Assembly (NCBI GenBank): GCA_945869465.1
Contig: CAMBPB010000002.1
Span: 27,874-91,873 of the forward strand
Length of the DNA: 64,000 bases
Direction: 5' to 3'
Origin: Prosthecobacter debontii
GTDB lineage: Bacteria > Verrucomicrobiota > Verrucomicrobiia > Verrucomicrobiales > Akkermansiaceae
The stretch's first letter is position 1, and each line of letters opens with the position of its first letter. Positions 34,740 to 44,701 of this stretch are shown here, one piece after another. Below the pieces are notes generated by a model. It did no database searches, was not told the origin of the DNA, and saw nothing but the letters and a program-made list of their open reading frames with translations. A program made the translations under genes and the position numbers.

Positions 34740-37184
34740 TTAGGGCAGGAAGCGGAACTCGTGGCTGTTGAGCAGGGCCCAGCGCAGGTCGGCCATGCCT
34801 TCGAGCTTGTCATTCGAGAGAAGGGCGCGGGCCTCGGCTTTTTCCTCCGCGCCGGGAAGGCGGGTCAGGATTTCCTGATAGACGTGGTCGATGGCGAGCT
34901 CGGGATTTTTTTGCAGGATGCGGTGAACGGGCTCCAGCGGGCCGACGCGGGACGCCTCGTGGGTCATGCGGCCGTTGAGCATCATGAGTTGCTGGCGCAG
35001 CGAGGAGGAAGTGTCGCGAAACTCGCCAAGTCCGGTGCGGTCCGGTTGGCCGAAGACGCGGAGGAAATGGGAGGGAGGGGCGGGCGTGGCCATGTGCATG
35101 GCGCTGTCGAGACGCGGATTGTCGTCAACAGTTTCGGTGACTGTCTTGGTGGTGAACTTCATGGTCTCGCCCTGCGATTGCTTCTGCATGGCCATCATCT
35201 TTTCCGCCGCGATTTGTTCGTCGGACATCGCGCGCATTGAGTCGAGTTCGGTGCGCTCCTGTTTGGTTAGGATGGCATTGAAGTCCAGCTTGAGGGTCGA
35301 TTCGAGATCGTAACCGTCGCCGCGGGAGGCGGGGGATCCGGTGCCGGCTTTCATCGCGGTTTCCTTGTTAGCCGGACCCTTGGCCTTGGTGGTCTCACCC
35401 GTGGGAACGCGGATCTCGCGGCTGACCTGCTTTGCATTGGCGCCCTCCGGCCATTTGAAATCGCCGAGGTGGCCGGCGATGACCACGCTGTCGAAAAGCA
35501 CCTCGCCGAGCATGCGGCGGGTGGGGGCGGCGGCGAAACTCTTCTCGCTTTCCTCGCGTTTCACGATGTGGGTTTCGGCGGGCAGGGTCGCGCGCCGGTA
35601 GGCATCGGAGAGGGTGATGATGCGGATCAGGCTGCGGAGGTCGTAGCCGCCGGCGACGAACTCGCGGGCGAGAAAATCGAGCGTCGTGGCGTTGTGCGGC
35701 GGATTGTAGTCGGAGAAGTTGTCGAGCGGTTCGACAAAGCCGTGGCCTAGCAGTTCGGCCCAAACGCGGTTGACGAAGGCGCGGGCGAAGTAGTCGTTGT
35801 GTGGATCGGTGATGAGCCCGGCGAGCTGGTTGCGCAACTGGCTGGTGCGGTAGATGTCGCGCTGCACATCGAGGGCGCGGCTGTCTTTTTTGGCTTCCTC
35901 AAGGACCGGATCGCGCGGGCTGCCGAGCGCGGGTTCGACGGCATCCAGCAGGGCATCGAGGGCGGCGGTGGCTTTGCCGGACGAGGCGGTTTCCTGCTCG
36001 CCGCGGCGGATTTTTTCGAATCGCACAAGGTGCTCCGGGGCCTTGTCAGGTTTGGCTAACTGAAACGGAAAACGTGGCGCCACCGGGATCCGGGCGCTGG
36101 TGCCGGCCTTGTCCTCCGGCGGCCAAAGCACCGACATTTCATTACCCTCGGTGGTGTAAACCATCCCGTCCTGGCGGCCCTGCACTTTTTTGGTTTTCCC
36201 GAAGAAGGCGGCAAAGTGATAGAAATCCTTCTGTTTCCAATCGTCGAAGGGATGGTCATGGCACATCGCGCAGCCGATCCGCACGCCGAGAAACACCTGG
36301 GCGGTGGCGGCGGCGAGTTCCATCGGCTTGGCGTCATCACCTAGCAGATAGCCCACCGCCGGATTGGAGTTGGCGCGGCCGGACGCGGCGATGAGTTCGC
36401 GCACCAGAACATCGTAGGGTTTTCCGTGTTCGATCGAGCCGTGGATATAGGCAAGCAACTGGTTGCCACCGGCGATGTTCGAGCGGATCCGCAACATGTC
36501 GGACATGAAGATGGTCCAACGATCGGCGAAACGAGGGTGGGCGACGAGTTTTGCGACAAGTTTCCCACGGCGGTCGAAGCTCCAGCCTTCATATTCGCGG
36601 ACCTCGGCCATGGTCGGGATGCGCCCGATGAGGTCGATGGTGGCGCGGCGCAAAAAGGCGGTATCGGTGATGGGCGAGGTGGTGGTGACTTGGGTGCCGG
36701 CGTTTTCGCGTTTCAGGATATCGTCCAGCATCGCGGCCGCTTCGGCGGGCGAGGCGGGGGCTCTGTCCGGCATGGCGACGCGCTTGATCGGAGTGGGTTT
36801 GCGTTCGGTGAGGGTGATGCCCGACGGCCAAGGCGCACCGGCGCGCACCCAGGCATCGAGCAGCTCGACTTCCTCGTTCGCCAAGGCCTGGCCTTCGTCG
36901 GGCATGACGCCGTCGTCGATGGGGCGAAGGTGGATGCGCACGAGCAGCTCGCTTTTCGCGGTGTCGCCGGGGACAATCGCATCAGCGGTATCGCCGCCTT
37001 TGAAGATGGCATCGCGGGTGTCCATGCGCAGGCCGCCCTTGGTTTTGTCGGCATTGTGGCAGCGGACGCAATTGCGCTCGAGGATCGGCTGGATGAGTTC
37101 CGCGAAGTCCGGCCCCGCGGCGGTAGCTGGGAGGACGATCGCAAGAAGTCCGAGGGCGGGGAGGATGGAGGATTTGGTGAGCAC
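34740..37184 (-). CDS. Planctomycete cytochrome c (PSCyt1) + DUF1549 + DUF1553 protein
   Basis: CVRCH, KGGLRMDT, FLRRATIDLIGRIPT, GCAMCHDHPFD, FVNRVWAELLGHG, WALLNSHEF. Confidence 0.92.
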   Translation of the reverse strand: MLTKSSILPALGLLAIVLPATAAGPDFAELIQPILERNCVRCHNADKTKGGLRMDTRDAIFKGGDTADAIVPGDTAKSELLVRIHLRPIDDGVMPDEGQALANEEVELLDAWVRAGAPWPSGITLTERKPTPIKRVAMPDRAPASPAEAAAMLDDILKRENAGTQVTTTSPITDTAFLRRATIDLIGRIPTMAEVREYEGWSFDRRGKLVAKLVAHPRFADRWTIFMSDMLRIRSNIAGGNQLLAYIHGSIEHGKPYDVLVRELIAASGRANSNPAVGYLLGDDAKPMELAAATAQVFLGVRIGCAMCHDHPFDDWKQKDFYHFAAFFGKTKKVQGRQDGMVYTTEGNEMSVLWPPEDKAGTSARIPVAPRFPFQLAKPDKAPEHLVRFEKIRRGEQETASSGKATAALDALLDAVEPALGSPRDPVLEEAKKDSRALDVQRDIYRTSQLRNQLAGLITDPHNDYFARAFVNRVWAELLGHGFVEPLDNFSDYNPPHNATTLDFLAREFVAGGYDLRSLIRIITLSDAYRRATLPAETHIVKREESEKSFAAAPTRRMLGEVLFDSVVIAGHLGDFKWPEGANAKQVSREIRVPTGETTKAKGPANKETAMKAGTGSPASRGDGYDLESTLKLDFNAILTKQERTELDSMRAMSDEQIAAEKMMAMQKQSQGETMKFTTKTVTETVDDNPRLDSAMHMATPAPPSHFLRVFGQPDRTGLGEFRDTSSSLRQQLMMLNGRMTHEASRVGPLEPVHRILQKNPELAIDHVYQEILTRLPGAEEKAEARALLSNDKLEGMADLRWALLNSHEFRFLP

Positions 37185-37287
37185 GTGGATGGGTGGTGAT
37201 AATCAGCGCATCAATCAGAGACGGTTAGTCGATTGGGAGTCTGCGGGAAAGCGAAAAGTTTTCCACCGTTGCGGCTGCGGTCCATCC

Positions 37288-37298
37288 GGGGGGGGGGG
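37288..37298. repeat. G11 homopolymer upstream of the DUF1549 operon
   Basis: Eleven consecutive G, about 105 bp upstream of the start codon at 37184. Confidence 0.8.
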
Positions 37299-37480
37299 CG
37301 ATGTGGTCACGGACGAGCCCCCGGCGGCGGTCTTTTGGCCGGCTTTTTCGCTGAATCCGGCAAACCACATCCTGCCCCGACCATGGCGCGCTGAGGGCTC
37401 GGACCGTGCCGCCGGAAGTCGCGACTCCGTCGAGACACCTGAAACACTCGACTTTAAGGGTTCCAGAGGCGGTGTGAGGC

Positions 37481-37745
37481 CGCGGCGTCTTCAAGCGGGA
37501 TGTGGGCATCGGCATCGCCGCCAGCGGCCGGACCCCGTTCGTGTGGGGAGCGCTCCATGCCGCGCACGAGCGGGGAGCGGTGACCATGCTCGTCTGTTTC
37601 AATCCCGATCGATCATTTCCGGCCGGCATTCGACCGACCGGATTGGGTGATTGCCCCGCGCATTGGCCCGGAAATCCTAACGGGATCCACCCGCTTGAAG
37701 GCCGGCGCCGCCACCATACTGATGCTCAATCGGTTACGCCATTAG
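37481..37745 (+). pseudogene. murQ: Frameshifted fragment of N-acetylmuramic acid 6-phosphate etherase
   Basis: RGVFKRDVGIGIAASGRTPFVWGAL...CFNP, then a GACC duplication at 37632-37639 shifts frame to IGPEILTGSTRLKAGAATILMLN, ending at TAG 37743-37745. Confidence 0.85.
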
Positions 37746-37927
37746 GAGTGATGACACTCCCGGCGTGAATGCGCATGAGAGGTGATAGACGGTGGCGAAG
37801 ACTTTGATTTCGCCATCCATTCGCCCGCCACAGGAGTGTGGTGGCTCCTGATGGGTGCGATTCGCGCCATGACGGCGTGAGCATTTCACTGAAAACCAGC
37901 AGCTTTCAGTGTCCGCCGCCTTGGGAC

Positions 37928-39517
37928 TCACCCCTGATCGATGGTCTTTTCCGTCTTGGCGTCGATGATGGTGAAGCGTTCGCGGTTGAGCGATGGATCC
38001 GAGCGGAAGATTAGGCGGCCGGAATGCGAGCGCTCGAGCTCGACTAACAGTTTCGAGTCCTCGCTCTTGAAGCGGTTGAGCACGTCGCTGTTGACGATGA
38101 CGACGATGTCGCCGACGGAGTCACGGTGTTTCTGAATGACGGTGTTGAGGCGGCGCTGGATCTCGACGGACATGGTCATCGGGGTTTTCACGCGGCCGCG
38201 GCCCTGGCAATACGGGCAGGGTTCATACATCGAGTCGCGCAGTGATTCGTTGAGGCGCTGGCGCGTCATTTCCATCAGGCCGATGGGCGAGATCTGCAGC
38301 ACCTGGGTCTTGGCCTTGTCCTTCTTGAGGCGGTCCTTGATGACCTTGTAAACCGTCTGCTGATCCTTGCGGTGGCGCATGTCGATGAGGTCGATGACGA
38401 CGAGGCCGCCGATGTTGCGGAGACGGAGTTGGCGGGCGACTTCACGGGCGGCTTCGATGTTGGTTTCCAGAATCATCTTGTCCACGTCCTTGGATCCGCG
38501 GTTGCGGCCGGTGTTGACGTCGATGGCGATGAGGGCTTCGGTTTCATCAATCACGATATAGCCGCCGCAGGGCAGCCAGACCTGGCGTGAGAACGCCTCG
38601 TCGATCTGTTTCTGGATATTGATGCGCTCGAAGATCGGCTGGGCGCTGGTGGGCATGTGGTGCACGCGGCGTTTGGCGCGGCGGGAGATTTTGCCGGCGA
38701 TCTGGCGGATCATCTCGGTGGTTTCCGCATCATCGCAGAGCACCTGGTTGATTTCGTCGGTGAGGAAATCGCGGGCGGTGCGTTCGATCAGGCCGGGTTC
38801 CTGGAAGATGCAGGCGGGGGCTGGATTGCTGGCGCGGCGGGCCTCGATTGCGTCCCATTGTTCCAGCAGCATCGCGAGATCGCGGACGAAATGGCGGGCG
38901 CGGGTGCCTTGGGCGATGGTGCGCATGATGATGCCCATGCCTTCCGGAACCGAGAGTTTCTCCACGATCTTGCGCAGGCGGGCGCGCTCCTTGGGATCCT
39001 CGATCTTGCGGGAGATGCCGAACTGTTCGGTGAAGGGCATCAGCACTAGGTAGCGGCCGGCCAACGAGATGTTGGTGGTGACGCGCGGCCCCTTGGTGCC
39101 GATCGGGCCTTTGGAAACCTGGATGACGATCTCGGAGCCGATCGGATAGATATCAGGGATGTCCTTGGAGGTGATTTTTTTCGGTTGCTTGCGCTTGCTG
39201 CTTTCGCGCTGGATTTCCTCCAGTCCGGCGTCGAGCGCGGCGGGGATGGCATCCCAGAAATGGAGGAAGGCGTTTTTATCCAGGCCGATATCGACGAACA
39301 TCGCCTTGAGGCCGCCTTCGATGTTTTTGACGCGGCCCTTGAAGATGCCGCCCACGATGTTCTGGTCGCCTTCGCGTTCGACGGTGTATTCTTCGAGCAC
39401 GCCGTCTTCGAGCAGGGCGACGCGGCGTTCGAGTTTTTCAACGTTGACGATGATGCTGTTGCCGCGCATGGGGTCGGGTTTGCCGATGCCGAGGAGTCTT
39501 TTGATGTGTTGGATCAT
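37928..39517 (-). CDS. rng: Rne/Rng family ribonuclease
   Basis: IFKGRVKNI, KGPRVTTNISLAGRYLV, IAIDVNTG, LRLRNIGGLVVID, CPYCQGRG. Confidence 0.92.
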   Translation of the reverse strand: MIQHIKRLLGIGKPDPMRGNSIIVNVEKLERRVALLEDGVLEEYTVEREGDQNIVGGIFKGRVKNIEGGLKAMFVDIGLDKNAFLHFWDAIPAALDAGLEEIQRESSKRKQPKKITSKDIPDIYPIGSEIVIQVSKGPIGTKGPRVTTNISLAGRYLVLMPFTEQFGISRKIEDPKERARLRKIVEKLSVPEGMGIIMRTIAQGTRARHFVRDLAMLLEQWDAIEARRASNPAPACIFQEPGLIERTARDFLTDEINQVLCDDAETTEMIRQIAGKISRRAKRRVHHMPTSAQPIFERINIQKQIDEAFSRQVWLPCGGYIVIDETEALIAIDVNTGRNRGSKDVDKMILETNIEAAREVARQLRLRNIGGLVVIDLIDMRHRKDQQTVYKVIKDRLKKDKAKTQVLQISPIGLMEMTRQRLNESLRDSMYEPCPYCQGRGRVKTPMTMSVEIQRRLNTVIQKHRDSVGDIVVIVNSDVLNRFKSEDSKLLVELERSHSGRLIFRSDPSLNRERFTIIDAKTEKTIDQG

Positions 39518-39569
39518 GAGGGTGTGGTTGGGGGTAGGGTGTTGGATTAGGAGTGGTGGATTAGATAAA

Positions 39570-41747
39570 TCATGGCTCAGCAACGGGCACGGCTCGGGGG
39601 ATGACTGTGCCCTCGTCGTCGATTTCCGGAGTGAGGGTGGGAGTGGGGGTGGCGGTGTTGTCGGCCGACGGGGTGGTGGCTTCCGCGACCATTTCGCCGA
39701 CTTCGTCGCCGGTTTCGCCGGGATCGGAAAGTTCGAAGGGTTCGTTGGCGTCGATGGCGGCGAGCACGTCGGCGGGCAGTTCGATGGCTTCGATGCGCTC
39801 GGTGTTGCCGGCGAATTCGGTTTGCGGTTTGAGCGGCAGTTTGAGGCCCTCGTCCTGGGCGAAGAGGCCGCGGTAAATCAGGTGGACGAGGGGTCCGCAG
39901 ACGCCGCCGCCGGAGCCGGCGTTTTGCACCAGCACGCAGACCGCGTATTTGGGGTTTTCGTAGGGGGCGAAGCTGATGACCCAGGAGTTGTTGGATTTTT
40001 TGCCGTTTTCGGTGGTCTGGGCGGTGCCGGTTTTCGCGGCGACTTCCATGTGCGGCATTTTGACCTTGCCGGCGGTGCCGCCCCTAACATTGACGGCCAT
40101 CCACATGCCTTTGCGGATCATGTCGAAATCCTTGGCTTTAACGCCGGCTTCGATCAGATCGACGACGAGTTTGGGTTGCTCCGAGATCAGCACCTTGCCT
40201 TCTTCGGAGACGGCCCTGCGCACGATGCGCGGCTGATAGTATTTGCCGCCGTTGGCGACGCAGGCGGTCATCGCGCAGAGTTGGAGCGGGGTGGTCATCG
40301 TGTCTCCCTGGCCGATCGAGACGAAAGCGGTGAGCACGGGAGTCATTGCGGCGCTGGGGTTGGCGGCGCGCCAGGCGCGGCTGCCGGGCAGGATGCCGGG
40401 TTTTTCGGAGGGCAGCTCGATGCCGGTGCGTTTGCCGATGCCGACCATCTGGCAGCCTTCGACCATGGCCCGCCAGCCGATGGTGTTGGCGAGTTTGTTA
40501 AAGTAGGGGTTGCAGGATTGCTGGAGGGCTTTTGACAGCGTCAGCGAGCCGTGGGCACCTTTGCTTTTGTTCCACAACCAGCAGCCGACCTTGTGATTGC
40601 CGTAGGCCACATAGCCGTCGCATGAAAACGACCGGGACGACATTCCCTGAAGCGCGCCGGAGATGGCCGTGGGCACTTTCATGGTCGAGCCGGGAGCGTA
40701 TTCGGAGATCGCACGGTTGGTTAGAGGCGAGAGCAGTTTGGCTTCGATGTATGATTTCCAGCGCTCGGGCGCGATGCTCGGAATGAAGGCGTTGGGTTCG
40801 TAGTCGGGCACCGAGGCCATGGCGAGCACCTCGCCGGTGTTGACATCCATCACGACGCCGGCGGCCCGTCCCGCGCGGCGAAGTACGTTTTCAAGGAGGT
40901 ATTGCTTGCGGGCGTCGATGGAGAGCTGGACCTTGGCGCCAGTGCCTGGTTTGGCGTAGTCGGACATGCGGATGGTCCGGCCCTTTTCGTCTTTGACTAC
41001 GGTCTTGCGGCCTTCCGGGCCGCGGAGCATGGTGTCCATGCTGGCCTCGACGCCGGCGATGCCTTTTTGGTCTCCGATATAGTGGTTGAAGACGCGGGTG
41101 GCGCTGTCCGGCACGTCGCCCTTTTCCCATTGTTTCAGATAGCCGATGACATGGCTGGCCAACGAGCCATAGGGATACTGCCGCTGCGGCCGGATGCCGA
41201 CGTAAACGCCGGGCAGGTCGAGATTGTGTTCCGCGAATTTCGCAAACTCCTCGTAAGTGAGGTCGGTGCGATAGCTGAAGGGAATGAGACCGCCGTGAGT
41301 GAGGTAATGGGTGCGCAGGTCGCCGGCTTTGTAGTTCTTGGCCAATCCAAGCGCCTTCAAGCGGCCGATGGTGCTTTCCTTGCCATCCTGGACGATGGCG
41401 ACGATGTCCTTCTCCTCCGCCTCGCGATCGATGCCGTCCTTGCGGGTGACGCGTTTGATTTTGGGGTCGTTCTGGTGCTGGGCCTGATAGGCCTGGCGGA
41501 TTTCCTCGAGGTTGAAGGAAACCTCGTATTTGCGGAGGTTGCGGGCGAGGGTGATGCCGTTGCGGTCGGTGATTTCGCCGCGGATGCCGGGCTCGCGGAC
41601 GGTGACGGTGCGGTTGCCGGGAACCAGGTTGAGGAATTCGTTGCGGCGCTCGATCTGGAACTCGTGCAGGCGTGTCAGCAACACGCCGAAGCCGACGAGC
41701 ACGAGTGCCGTCAGCAGATAGAGTCGGAAGCGGTAGCCGGGTTCCAT
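39570..41747 (-). CDS. mrdA: Penicillin-binding protein 2
   Basis: RGEITDRNG, PGSTMK (SxxK), QSCNPYF, AAKTGTAQ; lies in the mre operon. Confidence 0.9.
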   Translation of the reverse strand: MEPGYRFRLYLLTALVLVGFGVLLTRLHEFQIERRNEFLNLVPGNRTVTVREPGIRGEITDRNGITLARNLRKYEVSFNLEEIRQAYQAQHQNDPKIKRVTRKDGIDREAEEKDIVAIVQDGKESTIGRLKALGLAKNYKAGDLRTHYLTHGGLIPFSYRTDLTYEEFAKFAEHNLDLPGVYVGIRPQRQYPYGSLASHVIGYLKQWEKGDVPDSATRVFNHYIGDQKGIAGVEASMDTMLRGPEGRKTVVKDEKGRTIRMSDYAKPGTGAKVQLSIDARKQYLLENVLRRAGRAAGVVMDVNTGEVLAMASVPDYEPNAFIPSIAPERWKSYIEAKLLSPLTNRAISEYAPGSTMKVPTAISGALQGMSSRSFSCDGYVAYGNHKVGCWLWNKSKGAHGSLTLSKALQQSCNPYFNKLANTIGWRAMVEGCQMVGIGKRTGIELPSEKPGILPGSRAWRAANPSAAMTPVLTAFVSIGQGDTMTTPLQLCAMTACVANGGKYYQPRIVRRAVSEEGKVLISEQPKLVVDLIEAGVKAKDFDMIRKGMWMAVNVRGGTAGKVKMPHMEVAAKTGTAQTTENGKKSNNSWVISFAPYENPKYAVCVLVQNAGSGGGVCGPLVHLIYRGLFAQDEGLKLPLKPQTEFAGNTERIEAIELPADVLAAIDANEPFELSDPGETGDEVGEMVAEATTPSADNTATPTPTLTPEIDDEGTVIPRAVPVAEP

Positions 41748-41751
41748 GGGA

Positions 41752-42336
41752 TCAGTAGGCGCGCCGGCACCGGCGGCCCGCTTCGGGGTTGATCGAGTGG
41801 TCGCACGCGCTGGAGATGCGGAACAGCATCCAGAACACGAGCGGGGAGAAGAGCATGGTTAGAACGGAGGTGTAAACTATCTGCAGGAGGGTGGCCCAGT
41901 TCAGCACGAAATCGCCGCGGACGAAGTTGATGATGGCGTATTCGGCTGCCAGATAGAGCATGACGGCGATGCCGGAAAGCATGGCCGAGAACTGCCACTT
42001 GCCTTGTTGGAAGAGGGGTTGGATGCCTTGCATCAGGAGACCCATGCCGCCGAACAGCAGGATCGAATAGCCGAAGCGCAGGGACTCGACCTGTTGGGTG
42101 TAAACCTCCGGATCCCCGCCGTGCGGGCCGAGCGCGCATTGGGCGTCCCAGAAAAAGCCGCCAATGAAGGCCAGCACCAGCATGGTGCGCTGGCCGACGG
42201 TGACGGCGCAGCAGAGGAAAACGAGCTGGACGAGCAGAATGCGCGAGTGGTGGAGGCCCGTGAACGCGGGTAGGAACTGTTGCACCACGAAAGCGGCGAG
42301 CAACAGAAGGATCGTGATGAAGGAGTAGCGGATCAC
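41752..42336 (-). CDS. mreD: Probable rod shape-determining membrane protein MreD
   Basis: Multi-TM protein between mreC and mrdA; call rests mainly on position. Confidence 0.7.
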   Translation of the reverse strand: MIRYSFITILLLLAAFVVQQFLPAFTGLHHSRILLVQLVFLCCAVTVGQRTMLVLAFIGGFFWDAQCALGPHGGDPEVYTQQVESLRFGYSILLFGGMGLLMQGIQPLFQQGKWQFSAMLSGIAVMLYLAAEYAIINFVRGDFVLNWATLLQIVYTSVLTMLFSPLVFWMLFRISSACDHSINPEAGRRCRRAY

Positions 42337-42342
42337 GGGCGG

Positions 42343-43155
42343 TTAGGAATCGGCGTCCAGTAAAACGAATACCGCGCCAAGATCCGCGAAGTTCACCGAG
42401 GGTCGGACGAGAGCTTCAGAATCCAGCGCGCCTTTTTCCACGGAATCGATGGTTCCAAGGAGGATGTTGGCCTTGAAGGTGCCCCCGCGGCCGGTGGTGA
42501 ACACGCGCTGGCCGGAGTGGACGGAGGTGTTGGCGGAAAGGAATTTCAGACGCAGCATCGGATCGCCGTCGAAGCCGCCGCGCTGGCCGCTGAGGATGCC
42601 GACCTCGGGCGAGTTTTCGATCCGCACCGAGACCTGGCATTTCTCGTCGGTGAGAAGCAGCACCGACGAGCGTTCGCCGCCATTGTCGATGCGGTCGATC
42701 TTGCCGACGAGGCCCTGGTTAGAAAGCACCGCGAGCTGGGTGCCGACGCCGCGCTTGGAACCCGCGTCGATTTCGACGGTTTGCCACCAGGTGGTGGGAT
42801 TGCGGCGGATGACGCGGGCGGCGACCACATCGAAGGTGGTGGCTTTTTTGAAGTCGAGCGCGTGGCGGAGTTGCACGTTTTCGTATTCGAGGGCGCGGAA
42901 GCGGGACTCGATGAGGCGGAGGCGGCCGAGTTGTTCGCGGGTGGATTCGAGTTCGGCTTCGAGTGCCTTGGAGTGGTGGGTTTCCCCGAGAAACGCGCGG
43001 GCCTGGGTTTCCATTTTGGAGCCGGATTTCAGGAACGGCGACATCGCCGAATAGTAGGCGTTTTGGATTTCCCTCACCGTCCGATCGCTGCGAGTAAGCG
43101 CCCAGACGGCACCTCCGAGGAAGAGCAGTAACGCGATGAGGTTGAGCGGCTTCAT
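42343..43155 (-). CDS. mreC: Rod shape-determining protein MreC
   Basis: TM anchor, coiled coil, ARVIRRNP, GLVGKI, VFTTGRGG. Confidence 0.92.
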   Translation of the reverse strand: MKPLNLIALLLFLGGAVWALTRSDRTVREIQNAYYSAMSPFLKSGSKMETQARAFLGETHHSKALEAELESTREQLGRLRLIESRFRALEYENVQLRHALDFKKATTFDVVAARVIRRNPTTWWQTVEIDAGSKRGVGTQLAVLSNQGLVGKIDRIDNGGERSSVLLLTDEKCQVSVRIENSPEVGILSGQRGGFDGDPMLRLKFLSANTSVHSGQRVFTTGRGGTFKANILLGTIDSVEKGALDSEALVRPSVNFADLGAVFVLLDADS

Positions 43156-43180
43156 GGCCGGGTAATGCCCAAGGAACCGT

Positions 43181-44209
<1,029 letters not shown>

Positions 44210-44401
44210 GGAAGGTGTTGAAAATGAGAGAGTCGTTGGGAAATTCAGGTGGTCTGAGGGTGTCCGGCTGCGGCTTCATTCCGGCTGGCTGGCCGGTCGA
44301 ATACGAAGAGTGGGCTTGGAAACTATCAGGAGAAGCGGGCGACGTTCGCCATTCGCTCCGGGGAGGTCAAGGCGGAATCCGCGTGGCCCAATGATCCAAA
44401 C

Positions 44402-44575
44402 ACTCGCGTCTGGGTGCGGACGCAGGACTGGGACGCGCCATGGAAGGCAACGGGCGCGCCGGGGAAATTCCAGGGGCTCGTGGATGGCAAACCTCTCGCC
44501 GAGACCTTCGGCACCAAGGGAACGGATTGGCAATGGCACGATGGTGGTGCGAATCGAGGAAACCGCGACGCATGC
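44402..44575 (+). pseudogene. Fragment resembling the N-terminal region of PVC/Bacteroidetes FAD-dependent oxidoreductases
   Basis: RVWVRTQDWDAPWKATGAPGKFQGLVDGKPLAETFGTKGTDWQWHDGG, continuing as VRIEET in another frame; no start codon and no catalytic region. Confidence 0.55.
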
Positions 44576-44701
44576 CGGCCCCGGTGTCAAGTCGGCGGAC
44601 GATGCGGAAGATTTGACAGAATCCGCCGAGGACAGAATGATTTTTTGGGGAGGCTTGGAGCGGCAGGATCTAACTAGGAAAGGTTTTCTTCAATGATTCT
44701 G

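Noticed and set aside
37746-37927. Short ORF or ncRNA downstream of rng
   Set aside because: No recognisable motif or stable structure that I could support.
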